DNA from: Phoronis australis
Taxonomy: Eukaryota; Animalia; Phoronida
Reading direction: 5' to 3'
Length of the DNA: 64,000 nt
Assembly (NCBI GenBank): GCA_002633005.1
Contig: NMRA01000781.1
Location: forward strand, 86,837 to 150,836
Shown: one piece after another, positions 38,601 to 47,552 of the stretch
Layout: each line of letters begins with the position of its first letter
Position numbering within the stretch: the stretch's first letter is position 1
Notes under the pieces: model-generated
The model's database searches: none
The model's input: only the letters and a program-made list of their open reading frames with translations
Told to the model about the DNA's origin: nothing
Program-made: the position numbers and the translations under genes

Positions 38601-41600
38601 ATCACTAGATATCGTTTAGTGCGAGTGTATATTTTATTAGCTAGAAATGAAAAGTATCACCATGCCTTGCAAGCTTACAGTCATTATGACTTTTGATGAT
38701 AGCATACTGTTAAAAATGTGTCAAGGTACAATGAGATGAGAGGTTGAACCATTGATTACCTGGCTGGTCTATTGAAGCAAGGCTAGGCCTGATAATGGAC
38801 ATTTTTGTATTGTGTCGAAAGCTTAAAAATACATCATACTACACAAGACATCATTATGTGCTGCTTGGTACTTGCACTTGATGTATGTCACTACGTATTT
38901 TTTATTTTTTATAAGTTGCCCATTTCTCTATGGTCATGTGATATTGTCATCTTCATGTTAACCTTTGACCCCATTAGTTGACCAGGCCAGCTGTTTAACC
39001 CAATCCAAGAGATCTATGTCGGTGCCATTGAATATGATGTACATTACAGACAGAGGTATCCTCTGCATGACCAGTGTTCTGTCTCGTGCTCTAGGAATGA
39101 CTCTCATGTGACAGCACATATCCCCAGTTACGTTTGATATTAACATATTAGTCCAGCCATTGTCTTTAATAGTTAACCTTTTTTGGCTTTTTGCTTGTAT
39201 CTACTCTCATTTTGTATAATAGAACTCACCACATTGTATGCTGCTGATCCTAGGTACTAGCAGTTCAAAACTTGGTATCTTGCTGCTGTAGAGATTTCAC
39301 TAAATGCAAGAGTTTTTTCATGAATAGAATTGAGGTGTACCATATCCTCTTACAACGATGTAAACTTGTGCACCTAATGCCTCGTTGACGGCACCCCAAA
39401 GTGCTCTGCTTTATGTCTCAATTGCAAATCATGTTCTCACTTAATGTTTTCAAATGTTCANNNNNNNNNNNNNNNNNNNNNNNNNNNNNNNNNNNNNNNN
39501 NNNNNNNNNNNNNNNNNNNNNNNNNNNNNNNNNNNNNNNNNNNNNNNNNNNNNNNNNNNNNNNNNNNNNNNNNNNNNNNNNNNNNNNNNNNNNNNNNNNN
39601 NNNNNNNNNNNNNNNNNNNNNNNNNNNNNNNNNNNNNNNNNNNNNNNNNNNNNNNNNNNNNNNNNNNNNNNNNNNNNNNNNNNNNNNNNNNNNNNNNNNN
39701 NNNNNNNNNNNNNNNNNNNNNNNNNNNNNNNNNNNNNNNNNNNNNNNNNNNNNNNNNNNNNNNNNNNNNNNNNNNNNNNNNNNNNNNNNNNNNNNNNNNN
39801 NNNNNNNNNNNNNNNNNNNNNNNNNNNNNNNNNNNNNNNNNNNNNNNNNNNNNNNNNNNNNNNNNNNNNNNNNNNNNNNNNNNNNNNNNNNNNNNNNNNN
39901 NNNNNNNNNNNNNNNNNNNNNNNNNNNNNNNNNNNNNNNNNNNNNNNNNNNNNNNNNNNNNNNNNNNNNNNNNNNNNNNNNNNNNNNNNNNNNNNNNNNN
40001 NNNNNNNNNNNNNNNNNNNNNNNNNNNNNNNNNNNNNNNNNNNNNNNNNNNNNNNNNNNNAATGGGCAAATATAAGGGGAGATTCCTGCATTACTACAAT
40101 GGGCAAATATAAGGGGAGATTGCTGCATTACTACAATGGGCAAATATAAGGGGAGATTGCTGCATTACTACAATGTTAGTGACTGAGCAGGCATAGCTTG
40201 AATCCCTATACTCCATGGGACCCGCTTGACATGTCATTGCTCGTGGCTAACATGTCATTTCCACATCACTAGATATCGTTTAGTGCGAGTGTATATTTTA
40301 TTAGCTAGAAATGAAAAGTATCACCATGCCTTGCAAGCTTACAGTCATTATGACTTTTGATTATAGCATACTGTTAAAAATGTGTCAAGGTACAATGAGT
40401 TTAACAACAATCAAAATTTTGCCAGATAAGAGGTTGAACCATTGATTACCTGGCTGGTCTATTGAAGCAAGGCTAGGCCTGATAATGGACATTTTTGTAT
40501 TGTGTCGAAAGCTTAAAAATACATCATACTACACAAGACATCATTATGTGCTGCTTGGTACTTGCACTTGATGTATGTCACTACGTATTTTTTATTTTTT
40601 ATAAGTTGCCCGGAGTTCTCTATGATCATGTGATATTGTCACCTTCATGTTAACCTTTGACCCCATTAGTTGACCAGGCCAGCTGTTTAACCCAATCCAA
40701 AAGATCTATGTCGGTGCCGTTGAATATGATGTACATTACAGACAGAGGTATCCTCTGCATGACCAGTGTTCTGTCTCGTGCTCTAGGAATGACTCTCATA
40801 TGACAGCACTTATCCCCAGTTCCGTTTGATATTAACATATTAGTCCAGCCATTTGTCTTTAATAGTTAATCCTTTTTTGGCTTTTTGCTTGTTGTATCTA
40901 CTCTCATTTTGCATAATAGAACTCACCACATTGTATGCTGCTGATCCTAGGTACTAGCAGTTCAAAACTTGGTATCTTGCTGCTGTAGAGATTTCACTAA
41001 ATGCAAGAGTTTTGTCATGAATAGAATTGAGGTGTACCATATCCTCTTACAACGATGTAAACTTGTGCACCTAATGCCTCGTTAACGGCACCCCAAAGTG
41101 CTCTGCTTTATGTCTCAATTGCAAATCATGTTCTCACTTAATGTTTTCAAATGTTCAGTTTAACAGTCGTTGAGTGGTCTAAATAATCTGCTAGGAGTCT
41201 CAGTATGTCAGTAACCCAGAGCATGTTAACCAACGTCAGTCACTCGAGGGAGTAAGCTTGTAATATCTTGTGTTCCACTTGAAATTCACAGAAACGTTTT
41301 GTAGCAAGTACACATTCAGGATCTTGCCAAACTTGCAGGAAACCAGCACACTCGCAGATCACCTACAACCAGCACACTCGCAGATCACCTACAACCAGCA
41401 CACTCACAGATCAACTGCAACCAGTACACTCACAGATCAACTACAACCAGTACACTCACAGATCAACTACAACCAGCACACTCACAGATCACCTACAACC
41501 AGCACACTCACAGATCAACTACAACCAGTACACTCACAGATCACCTACAACCAGCACACTCACAGATCACCTACATCATTCTGAGCATGGCTATTGAACT

Positions 41601-44600
41601 GAACTGTTGAAAAACATTTGATGTTTTGAGTATCATCAGCACTGACGTATGTATCAGCTGTCAGTGTTTGCTCCTTACTATCTTATTGTAAAGGAACAAA
41701 AGAGGTCCAATTTGAATGTGGTAAGTTCTAGTCAAAACCTAGTTATCGACACTATTTGCGAAGTCATGTCACATGTTACAATGTGGTAAAAATTCTCCAA
41801 TTTGAGACTGAAAATTAATTGCTGTGCTCAAGTCCCGAGCTTGTACAAAATTTTAGAAATAGGCAGGGTAGTTTTGAGTCGCCAACAAATTCTCAAGCCT
41901 TTGGATGTTTCTGGGGCTGTGCTCGCGCGACATATCCAAGTAATTTTTCACTCAAATGTTGCTGTACTCCAGCGATGCCAAATTTTCATTCAAGTGTATG
42001 CACACCACTTCAACCCACACATCAAAAGAGAATGGTGACAGTCCTAAATGAAACAGTGTACCAGCTTGGCTCGATTAATCGCCTGGGTGTTAGTTTGGCA
42101 ATGATCATAAGACCCCCTAGTGGTCATAAAGGACCCCACACTTTATGATGATCTCTGGTCCAAATGTTCCCCTGACATGTATTCCCCTTTTCCTGAAGTT
42201 TTCCTGGCCTTATGTTCCTTGTGCCCGATGTTACACGCCGATGCCAGATAGGTGCGAAATTGTGGTTAGCGCACATTTTTATTGTTCTCTCCATCCAGTC
42301 TCTACATCACTTCCAACTCTCCCCGGGCCATACATCCTTGAGACTCAATTGCAGTAAATAAATTTTCTTCTGCTCAAGCAAGCAGTTGCTTGATGAGCGG
42401 ACCTCACCTGGCGTGTGTGTGAGGGGGGTCGCTACTGAACTGATTCCTTGAGCTGATCTGAGCAACTGGGAGGGGGGGGGGTTGCACCCCCTTGGCTACA
42501 GGCATGTGTTCTGCCTACTCATTAATTCAGTTTCTGCACATATTTTTGTGCGCATTTGGTGTATAAGCCCATGTGAGCCAAAATGGTTGTGAAACACTTT
42601 CTTTTGCATGATTTTGCTTGCTAATAATTTGTGAACATTTCGGCAATCTTTAGAGAGAATCAGAATTGAGTAAAATCAATTTCTGCTTTAAGTTTGATGT
42701 CTCAAATTTTCGAAGCTGTCCCAAATTGGAGACTTTTTACCGTAGTGACTGCTGTGTCATGAGATTCATGTAGTGACTGGTGTGTCATGAGATTCATGTA
42801 GTGACTAGTGTGTCATGAGATTCATGTAGTGACTAGTGTGTCATGAGATTCATGTAGTGACTGGTGTGTCATGAGATTCATGTAGTGACTGGCGTGTCAT
42901 GAGATTCGTGTAGTGACTGGCGTGTCATGAGATTCGTTTAGTGACTGGCATGTCACGAGTTTCATGTAGTGACTGGTGTGTCATGAGATTCATACAGCTT
43001 GCATTTGGTCCACTCTTATTGTTTGAAGGTAGTCTGTGACACATGCAGAGTTACGTAGCACGATGTCGTATCTTAACAAACAATGTTTTGTCAATTTATA
43101 TGACTTTGCACTTGAAAGTTGACATACACTGTGGGTGAATTATTTCTGCCTGCATGAGCACCGTGCACTTCTCTCAACAACATGTCTTTTGCAGGTAAAG
43201 TAAAATTAATTTCTTTGTGAAGACCACTATTTCAGTCAGTGTCTTTTATATTGTGATCGGCCTGACATCCTAATACTTACTGCTACTGTTCTGTTCAGTT
43301 CTACACTCCAATAGCCAATCATCATACTCTCCGCTCATACAGAGAAGGCCAAAGAGTGGTAAATGTGTGTTGGGTGTAGTAATTGCTACTGTGCTAAATT
43401 CGACCAAGCTTGGCCAAACTAGTTTGCTCATTTTCAGTCAGTAGTGGTTATAAACCAGCCTTTCATCATAAAAATCCAACTTTTGATTTAGACCACTTGC
43501 CATTATGAAATTGATCTCATGTTATTCCTTAGCCAAAAGTGGTAGAATTTCTAGGCTTGAAAAGAACTAACTGTTCACCATTGCTTGTCGCAGTGTCTCA
43601 TTTGCCAAGCATGGTTTTAAGATATAACCACTTGTTAGTTCTTGGCAATTGCAGAATTCACTTCCCATCTAAGCCAGAAGTCATATCATGATCTATATGT
43701 AATATTGGCTTCACTTAAGATAAAAGTTGAAATCAATTCAAAATACTAATTGTTTTTACATACAATAGTTATCCACGCTTGGTCTTATTTGAAACATAAC
43801 CTATTAGCTTAGAAATCTACACTCTTTCATATTTCTATGACCTAATATCTGTTGCTGTAGGCTGTGTGAACGAGATCATTTCTCATAATCTTTTACTATT
43901 TATAACACACTTTTAAGTAAACATAACTTTCTTTGGCTATTAATAATATTTACTAATTTTTTCTTGCGATTAGTTTTATGAAACGTCATGTTTAACACTA
44001 CAGGTCACAATACAATGCCAGTGTGTCAGAATAAATATTGATTAAGTAATTAGTAAGACTAGATCCATTTTAAGTTGCCCAAAATTTGAGCATGTACTTT
44101 TAAGTCATGAAGTCAAACTTGTTGACAAGAATGTACCGTACTTTAACATCAAAATCTGTTTTTAGATGGTTCTGGGGTCAAAGCACTCTAGGGTTTCTAG
44201 AAATTTCTGAGAACAAGTTGTAACAGCCAATAATATTATTGGATATGATCATGTGGTTTTTATTGGCCAATCACTAAATAAGTAGATTGTTATAGTATGG
44301 GATAAAATCAAGAAGATATTCAGATGCGCTATAGTAGTTGAAGTGTGAAGATGTGCTACAGTGTACAGAGGCAATTGTACTACAGAGCCATCTCGTGGAA
44401 GATTCTAGAGAGGATCTTGGCAAGGGCAAGGGTTAACGAACAGGAAGTTAACTAAGAGCTTGTCACTTGCATCGTGGGTAGTAAGGTACTACCTGAAGTG
44501 TTGCGTCACCAGAAACTGTGACCAGTAAGAAGAATCGCAGGTAGAAGAAATTGTCTGCAAGTGTTGCATCACCAGAAACTGTGACTAGCAAGTACACGGT

Positions 44601-47552
44601 CGCAATACAGTGTGTGTAGTTCGAAGATTCACCTACAGGACAGACATCCATCAAGTGGAGAGTCCTAGCTTGGATAGCAGATAACACATTCGATTATTTT
44701 GATTGGTTGATTCAAGTAATCTTTAAAGAGGGCGCTAGCATAGTTACTCTTCTTTGTAGTTGATTACTTTATTAGCAACAGGTTTCACTTTTTTAATTAG
44801 TGGTTATCATATTATAAATGAATTACTGGATTTAATCATTCTTTCTCCATCTACGCACAGTCTCAAAGCATAACTACCTTTTAAACAAACCCACAGTGTG
44901 TGGTTAGAAATTGACAAATTGTGAATGCATGCCAGTGTGTGGTTGGAAATTGATAAATTGTGAATACATGTCTGTCATGTTAAATATTTGAGCATGTTTT
45001 ACAAAAAGGAGCATATAAGTTACTCCTTTGTTTAGTTTTACATATTTTTCCATTATTTCTAACGAAATGTGTAACCAAGTCTTTATTTGATGTCAGTGTA
45101 CCTTCAAGGGCACTAATTTTTCATGGAACAAATTCGAGGCATTTTCGAAAGAAAGTTGACACTAGTCGCTTTTGCACCATTTATGGCATAGCTTAGAGCT
45201 CACTAATAGTTTCAGCTGAGTATGTAGTGTAAACACAGACTACAGAGCTGTAAGACATTTCTAGGACATTTTAGCCCTGATGTTAGTTCAGTCTAAACAG
45301 ACTATTACTAAGAATATCAAACCTTCATTCACTGAAGTTTGGTGTTGAGCTGAAATGCTTCACTACTATTTCATTTCATTTTTGGATAACATTCCTGTTT
45401 TTTCTCAGAAAAGCAAGGCAATACCAAACCTTTCCAGAAAATAGATGGTTACATTACAGAATACAAAATCAGTCATAAGTATATTTACTAAACTCTAGAC
45501 AGCTAATATATAAAGACCCTATGGATGTTATCTTAAAGTCTGTTGGCATGCTAGTTTTAGGGGCTAGGCAGGAAGTTTTCCTCTAAAATTATTGTTGGTT
45601 ACCGTGACAATTTGCTAGATCTACCTGAGTGTATGTTGTGTATTTGACAGCAAAATGTGGTCATACATTTTCATCTCTGTGATAGAAAGTTCATTTTTAA
45701 ATCCTGTGTTCTTCAAAACAAGTTTCTGTGTGGTCAATAGAGCAGAAACTTAAATTCGCAGTTTCTGATTAATTAAATCCAGCTGTTTCACCCCAAAAGT
45801 TTCTGTGTCGGAATTCCTAGGGTAATATTTTTCCCCACCAGTCTAGGTAACGCCATGGTGGTTGTGCCTATAGTGTCTCCTTGGTTCTCAAAAGCACTAA
45901 CCAGACTCTACCACAGCACTAACCAGACTCTACCACAGCACTAACCAGACTCTACCACAGCACTAACCAGACTCTACCACAGCACTAACCAGACTCTACC
46001 ACAGCACTACATGCTTCCTTTCATTGTTTGTTGCTCAGTTGTAATTTTTATGGCATGTAAATCGCTAAAACTGCATTAATAAATTAGTAACTACATTCAC
46101 TATTAGCAAGCTGCCATAAGGTCTAAAATTAAGTGCTTAAAATGTTTCACTTGCTACAATTATGTTGTGGAATCGGTATTTGTCATAAGACGGTGTTCTG
46201 CTCAACATTGTATAATGTTTTTACTTTCATTGTTTGGATGTGCTATCTAGTAAAACACCATTTGGAAAACTTCCTGTTATTTGTTGCAACATAATCACTC
46301 TTTAAAATGGTGTTTTTGGAAATACTCTGTGTGAAGAAGTGAAAGACCATAATTTGAAATCTGTTTTTACTTTCAGCACCTCATAAGCCAAGACTCCGAA
46401 CTAAGAGTTTTACTTCATTGAAAGAATCCGACAAGCTGTCGGCATCCACAGAGACAGTGGGCCATGTCAAAATTCAGAAGAATGACGCGGTGGATTTTTT
46501 TAATCCCAATGAACGGTATGTGCTGACCGATATTGTATGTCACTTAGTATAATGAATGGTATGTGCTGACTGATACTGTAGGTCACTTACTATAATGAAC
46601 AGTATGTGCTGACTGATATTGTATGTCACTTAGTATAATGAATGGTATGTGCTGACTGATATTGTATGTCACTTAGTATAATGAACAGTATATTCTGACT
46701 GATATAGTATGTCACTTAATATAATGAATGGTATGTGCTGAGTGGTACTGTAGGTCACTTACTATAATGAACAGTATGTGCTGACTGATACCGTATGCCA
46801 CTTAGTTCAACGAATCTCATCTTTGACAAAGTTACAGTTCTTTTGACTTCTACCAGACTGGTGTTCTCCACAACTCGAAATGCACTTGTCGGAAATTACA
46901 AAATTCCTGTTTGTGTTTGAAAGTCCTTGTTGACACTGTGTGGAGTTTGTGTGTTAAATCTTGCAATAGATGTGCTAAACTGGCGCCAAAAGTACAAAAT
47001 GTCCTAATTTGCTTTAAACTGTCCATTCTCCTAATACTGAAAACTTATTGTATGCGTTTTCAAACTGAACACAGGTAAGCCAAATTCGCTATAGGAAAAT
47101 TCAAACTTGACGCAGCAACGTGAAGACATATAATGCTAAGTTGGTGTTGCATAATGTATCATGTTGTTAGTGAACATTGATCATGGTAACTTTACAGTGA
47201 TGATGACAGTGCAGAAGATCGAACAGTTCTGGCGCCGAAAATTCTAAAGAATGTAGAAAACAGTATAGAATACAAAAAGTCGCTCAGCCTGGAGCAGACA
47301 AAGATCACTACTGCAGTTCCTGTACCCTTACCCAAGTCCTGCTCAGAGGGCGCGCTGGGGTTATCCGAGACACGTGTACGGGTGAACTCTGACTCTAAGA
47401 AAAAAGGTGGTCTGTTCAAGCGACCACCGGTGAAAGTTGAAGAAGATGAGGGCTCCAGTCCAGAGTCTACGAATGGTGAAGAAAAGAGAAAAAAGAAGAA
47501 GACACTACTGCCAAGCTTTCTCAAACGAGATGTCAAAAGCAAAAATTGTTAA
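2551..47552 (+). CDS. STIM: STIM (stromal interaction molecule) homolog, multi-exon; 5' exon(s) with signal peptide lie upstream of the window
   Basis: Spliced exons with GT-AG boundaries and compatible phases encode EF-hand (DDDHNGNVDLSESDE), SAM (HNWTVDDVVDWL...ELPQY), TM (KDLALVASLVIAVGGCWFAY), CC1, CAD/SOAR (LQQWLQLTHEIE...KKRQAFLGSFRVAH...[15 protein letters not shown]) and a Lys-rich tail, collinear with human STIM1 as recalled. Confidence 0.97.
2727..3092. repeat. 16-bp minisatellite (ggtgtgtacactgcat)n
   Basis: More than 20 copies; source of the spurious ORFs 2636-3179. Confidence 0.97.
5583..5703 (+). CDS. STIM: STIM exon: hidden EF-hand
   Basis: ttgcag|TTT...CAAG|gtaca; FIREELKYENGFERQSNFHAQGHDKLISVTDLWNLWTHSQ (cf. 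FLREDL...DKLISVEDLW). Not in the ORF track in this frame. Confidence 0.93.
5981..6180. repeat. Two short minisatellites (gtctccatctatacacttgtttttgt; aacttactaacttt)
   Basis: About 4 copies each. Confidence 0.85.
6726..7520 (+). pseudogene. Kolobok transposase 5' part: THAP (C2CH) domain and second Cys/His motif; in-frame stop at 7179-7181; DDE domain deleted
   Basis: MPHCCCVLG...LHRFP...W...RVCGKHF...L....IPS (THAP consensus), then KFIVDLSKVLELFRRCQVCG...IQWECVAGHSGKWDS...GMPEV. Confidence 0.85.
7520..7819 (-). pseudogene. KolX-like / P2X7 cytoplasmic-ballast-like Zn-binding protein, N-terminal part
   Basis: GYMFEPEY...WCKCTVCVVMPTSMECLCCSE matches the (P/G)YxFEP + WCxCxxC...ECxCCxE signature; convergent to the transposase within the TIRs. 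Confidence 0.75.
8678..8855. repeat. 35-bp tandem repeat (cttggacattatactcagtaaccattgataatcta)
   Basis: About 4 copies, one interrupted. Confidence 0.85.
9261..9372 (+). CDS. STIM: STIM exon: SAM domain N-part
   Basis: ttgtag|TG...CCCAG|gtact; VHNWTVDDVVDWLVHHVELPQYVSVFRNNAVDGKALPR. Confidence 0.95.
10221..10335 (+). mobile_element. tRNA-derived SINE head (degenerate)
   Basis: A-box-like gtggcctggttg and B-box gggttcaagtccc, followed by cccttgagc core-like motif; no intact cloverleaf. Confidence 0.6.
11221..12380 (+). mobile_element. Penelope-like element 3' fragment with direct (pseudo-LTR) repeats
   Basis: Linker + GIY-YIG frame (YYKNMKTSNLVMRNN...VVYEFTC...YIGHTVCSLSRRLSVH), same family as 1186-1599; ~120 bp direct repeat at 11221-11344 and 12116-12246. 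Confidence 0.88.
14761..15108. repeat. 49-bp tandem repeat
   Basis: ctagcgcgtactcgctgagtggtcatttctggttagagctagtcactaa x~7. Confidence 0.95.
15327..15465. repeat. 46-bp tandem repeat x3
   Basis: tttgattgacgactggctcatgtctgcttacctcccattctcatct. Confidence 0.9.
17488..17605 (+). CDS. Candidate diverged/alternative STIM SAM C-terminal exon (terminal with TAG at 17603-17605, or internal with donor after 17600)
   Basis: Polypyrimidine tract + tttacag acceptor; phase 2 fits the upstream exon and gives R-LALYQYRKHLNMSELVSRQAYVLRDVPKADIRATYRE(R*); partial similarity to the STIM1 segment LKMTDRSHRQKLQLK. Confidence 0.55.
18371..19890. mobile_element. Non-autonomous DNA transposon with 36-bp TIRs (family unassigned)
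   Basis: atatgtgacccaccaccacaaaatgagtcttaagtc vs gacttaagactcattttgccgtggtgggtcacatat (2 mismatches). Confidence 0.85.
19915..22040. repeat. Diverged ~145-bp-periodic repeat array (Helentron/HINE-like satellite)
   Basis: Recurrent gtgccccctagtggc / gcgccacctagtggcc cores, tatctcctaaac and aaa(a)ttggcatgta motifs; partly re-duplicated at 22396-23760. Confidence 0.7.
20674..24115. other. ~1.72-kb near-identical tandem duplication joined by a single N (probable haplotype/contig overlap artefact)
   Basis: 20674-22394 matches 22396-24115 with scattered SNPs; join at n22395 cuts the first TM-exon copy mid-exon. Confidence 0.85.
23957..24131 (+). CDS. STIM: STIM exon: transmembrane helix + CC1 start (complete copy)
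   Basis: tatcag|AG...GAGAA|gtagg; LHNYMKDLALVASLVIAVGGCWFAYVQHKHSQSHLKKMMKDMDTLQSAEAALVGLQEK. A truncated duplicate at 22236-22394 is in the assembly overlap. Confidence 0.95.
25676..25766 (+). CDS. STIM: STIM exon: CC1
   Basis: ttgcag|G...CGT|gtaagt; LQHAQLEKNYVAQEKQHLEDKMKAEVESAR. Confidence 0.9.
25763..26170. repeat. 52-bp tandem repeat starting across a STIM exon/donor junction
   Basis: acgtgtaagtctcagacttgtcttgatgaatgctgcaactgttgtgcaaatg x~8. Confidence 0.95.
26533..26619 (+). CDS. STIM: STIM exon: CC1 (acidic EEEL helix)
   Basis: ttttag|AAA...CAG|gtagt; KAAEELLQAQEFTDEEMSRVKLLEEELAQ. Confidence 0.92.
26620..26950. repeat. 52-bp tandem repeat starting at a STIM donor
   Basis: gtagaagccaatcagacagtgggttacaacagtcagtgttaatgagtctgtt x~6. 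Confidence 0.95.
27383..27894. mobile_element. MITE with CAGGG-type TIRs
   Basis: TIRs cagggcttggaatt / aattccaagccttg; ttatat on both sides; GC-rich interior; empty-site paralog of the flanks near 49476-49612. Confidence 0.85.
27901..28165. repeat. ~37-bp tandem repeat
   Basis: acagagtctgacaatagaattggcactagataaaatc x~7. Confidence 0.92.
28356..28523 (+). CDS. STIM: STIM exon: CC1 end / CAD-SOAR alpha1
   Basis: gagcag|GTT...GGG|gtaagg; VRTALRLAERQLQCQHAFVAPDELQQWLQLTHEIELKHYNKKKHSAELELMSAKEG. Confidence 0.95.
29125..29225 (+). CDS. STIM: STIM exon: CAD/SOAR apex
   Basis: ttacag|TGC...GCCAG|gtatgt; CEKLRKKRQAFLGSFRVAHSNSIDDVDQQIIKAR. Confidence 0.95.
29763..30068. repeat. ~40-52-bp tandem repeat
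   Basis: atatggcaacagtc(acagcaccagtc)agtatattggattgctgtcctaaacacat. Confidence 0.9.
30317..30480 (+). CDS. STIM: STIM exon: CAD/SOAR C-part
   Basis: tcccag|G...CCAG|gtgagc; [54 protein letters not shown]. Confidence 0.95.
33383..33577 (+). CDS. STIM: Probable STIM C-terminal cassette exon (195 nt, phase 1-1)
   Basis: ctctcag|CA...CAGG|gtaggg; open frame APKTVSPAVEDHPSPEPQRELKSAGEFVVLKHSVPREGGLDHKVKTQPIDYKKALEAKRAKFRRQ; GC-richer than its flanks. Confidence 0.7.
34231..34305 (+). CDS. STIM: Probable STIM C-terminal cassette exon (75 nt, phase 1-1)
   Basis: tccttcaaag|CT...TCAG|gtcaat; ATTGSISFKNPISTVIEEKTSVVKS. Confidence 0.6.
35010..35243. repeat. 59-bp tandem repeat x4
   Basis: attattgcattctatggttcacttaaggtaactgccctgctctaccaacattccttgta. 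Confidence 0.95.
37973..38068 (+). CDS. STIM: STIM C-terminal exon with acidic (inactivation-domain-like) patch (96 nt, phase 1-1)
   Basis: tttgcag|GC...GCAG|gtgagc; GSTGSLQLHQSMPPLNITETDEFEDLPPAYAA. Confidence 0.8.
38323..38511. repeat. 37-bp tandem repeat (recurs at 40061-40174)
   Basis: aatgggcaaatataaggggagattgctgcattactac x5. Confidence 0.95.
38323..41157. other. ~1.1-kb duplication across a 600-N gap (probable allelic overlap artefact)
   Basis: ~38397-39460 matches 40061-41157 with SNPs and a ~22-bp indel. Confidence 0.85.
41341..41575. repeat. 27-bp minisatellite
   Basis: aaccagcacactcacagatcacctac(a) x~9. Confidence 0.93.
41782..42744. mobile_element. pogo/Tigger-like MITE
   Basis: TIR tgtggtaaaaattctccaatttgagac vs gtcccaaattggagactttttaccgta. 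Confidence 0.65.
42742..42993. repeat. 28-bp minisatellite
   Basis: gtagtgactggtgtgtcatgagattcat x9. Confidence 0.95.
43299..43358 (+). CDS. STIM: Probable STIM C-terminal exon (60 nt, phase 1-1)
   Basis: ctgttcag|TT...AGTG|gtaaat; VLHSNSQSSYSPLIQRRPKS. Confidence 0.6.
45893..46009. repeat. 22-bp minisatellite
   Basis: agcactaaccagactctaccac x5. Confidence 0.95.
46377..46515 (+). CDS. STIM: STIM penultimate exon (phase 1-2)
   Basis: tactttcag|CA...GAACG|gtatgt; APHKPRLRTKSFTSLKESDKLSASTETVGHVKIQKNDAVDFFNPNER; phases link the upstream phase-1 exons to the terminal exon. Confidence 0.8.
46508..46806. repeat. 43-bp tandem repeat starting across a STIM exon/donor junction
   Basis: aatgaa(c/t)ggtatgtgctgactgatattgtatgtcacttagtat x~7. 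Confidence 0.93.
47198..47552 (+). CDS. STIM: STIM terminal coding exon with polybasic tail
   Basis: tttacag|T GAT GAT...; DDDSAEDRTVLAPKILK...EEKRKKKKTLLPSFLKRDVKSKNC*; TAA at 47550-47552. Confidence 0.88.

Noticed and set aside
39401-40149. Long ORFs in the track
   Set aside because: Composed of N-gap (X residues).
38323-41157. Segmental duplication around the 600-N gap
   Set aside because: Near-identical flanks on both sides of a scaffold gap; most likely two haplotypes.
47192-47542. 116-aa minus-strand ORF
   Set aside because: Antisense shadow of the STIM terminal exon.
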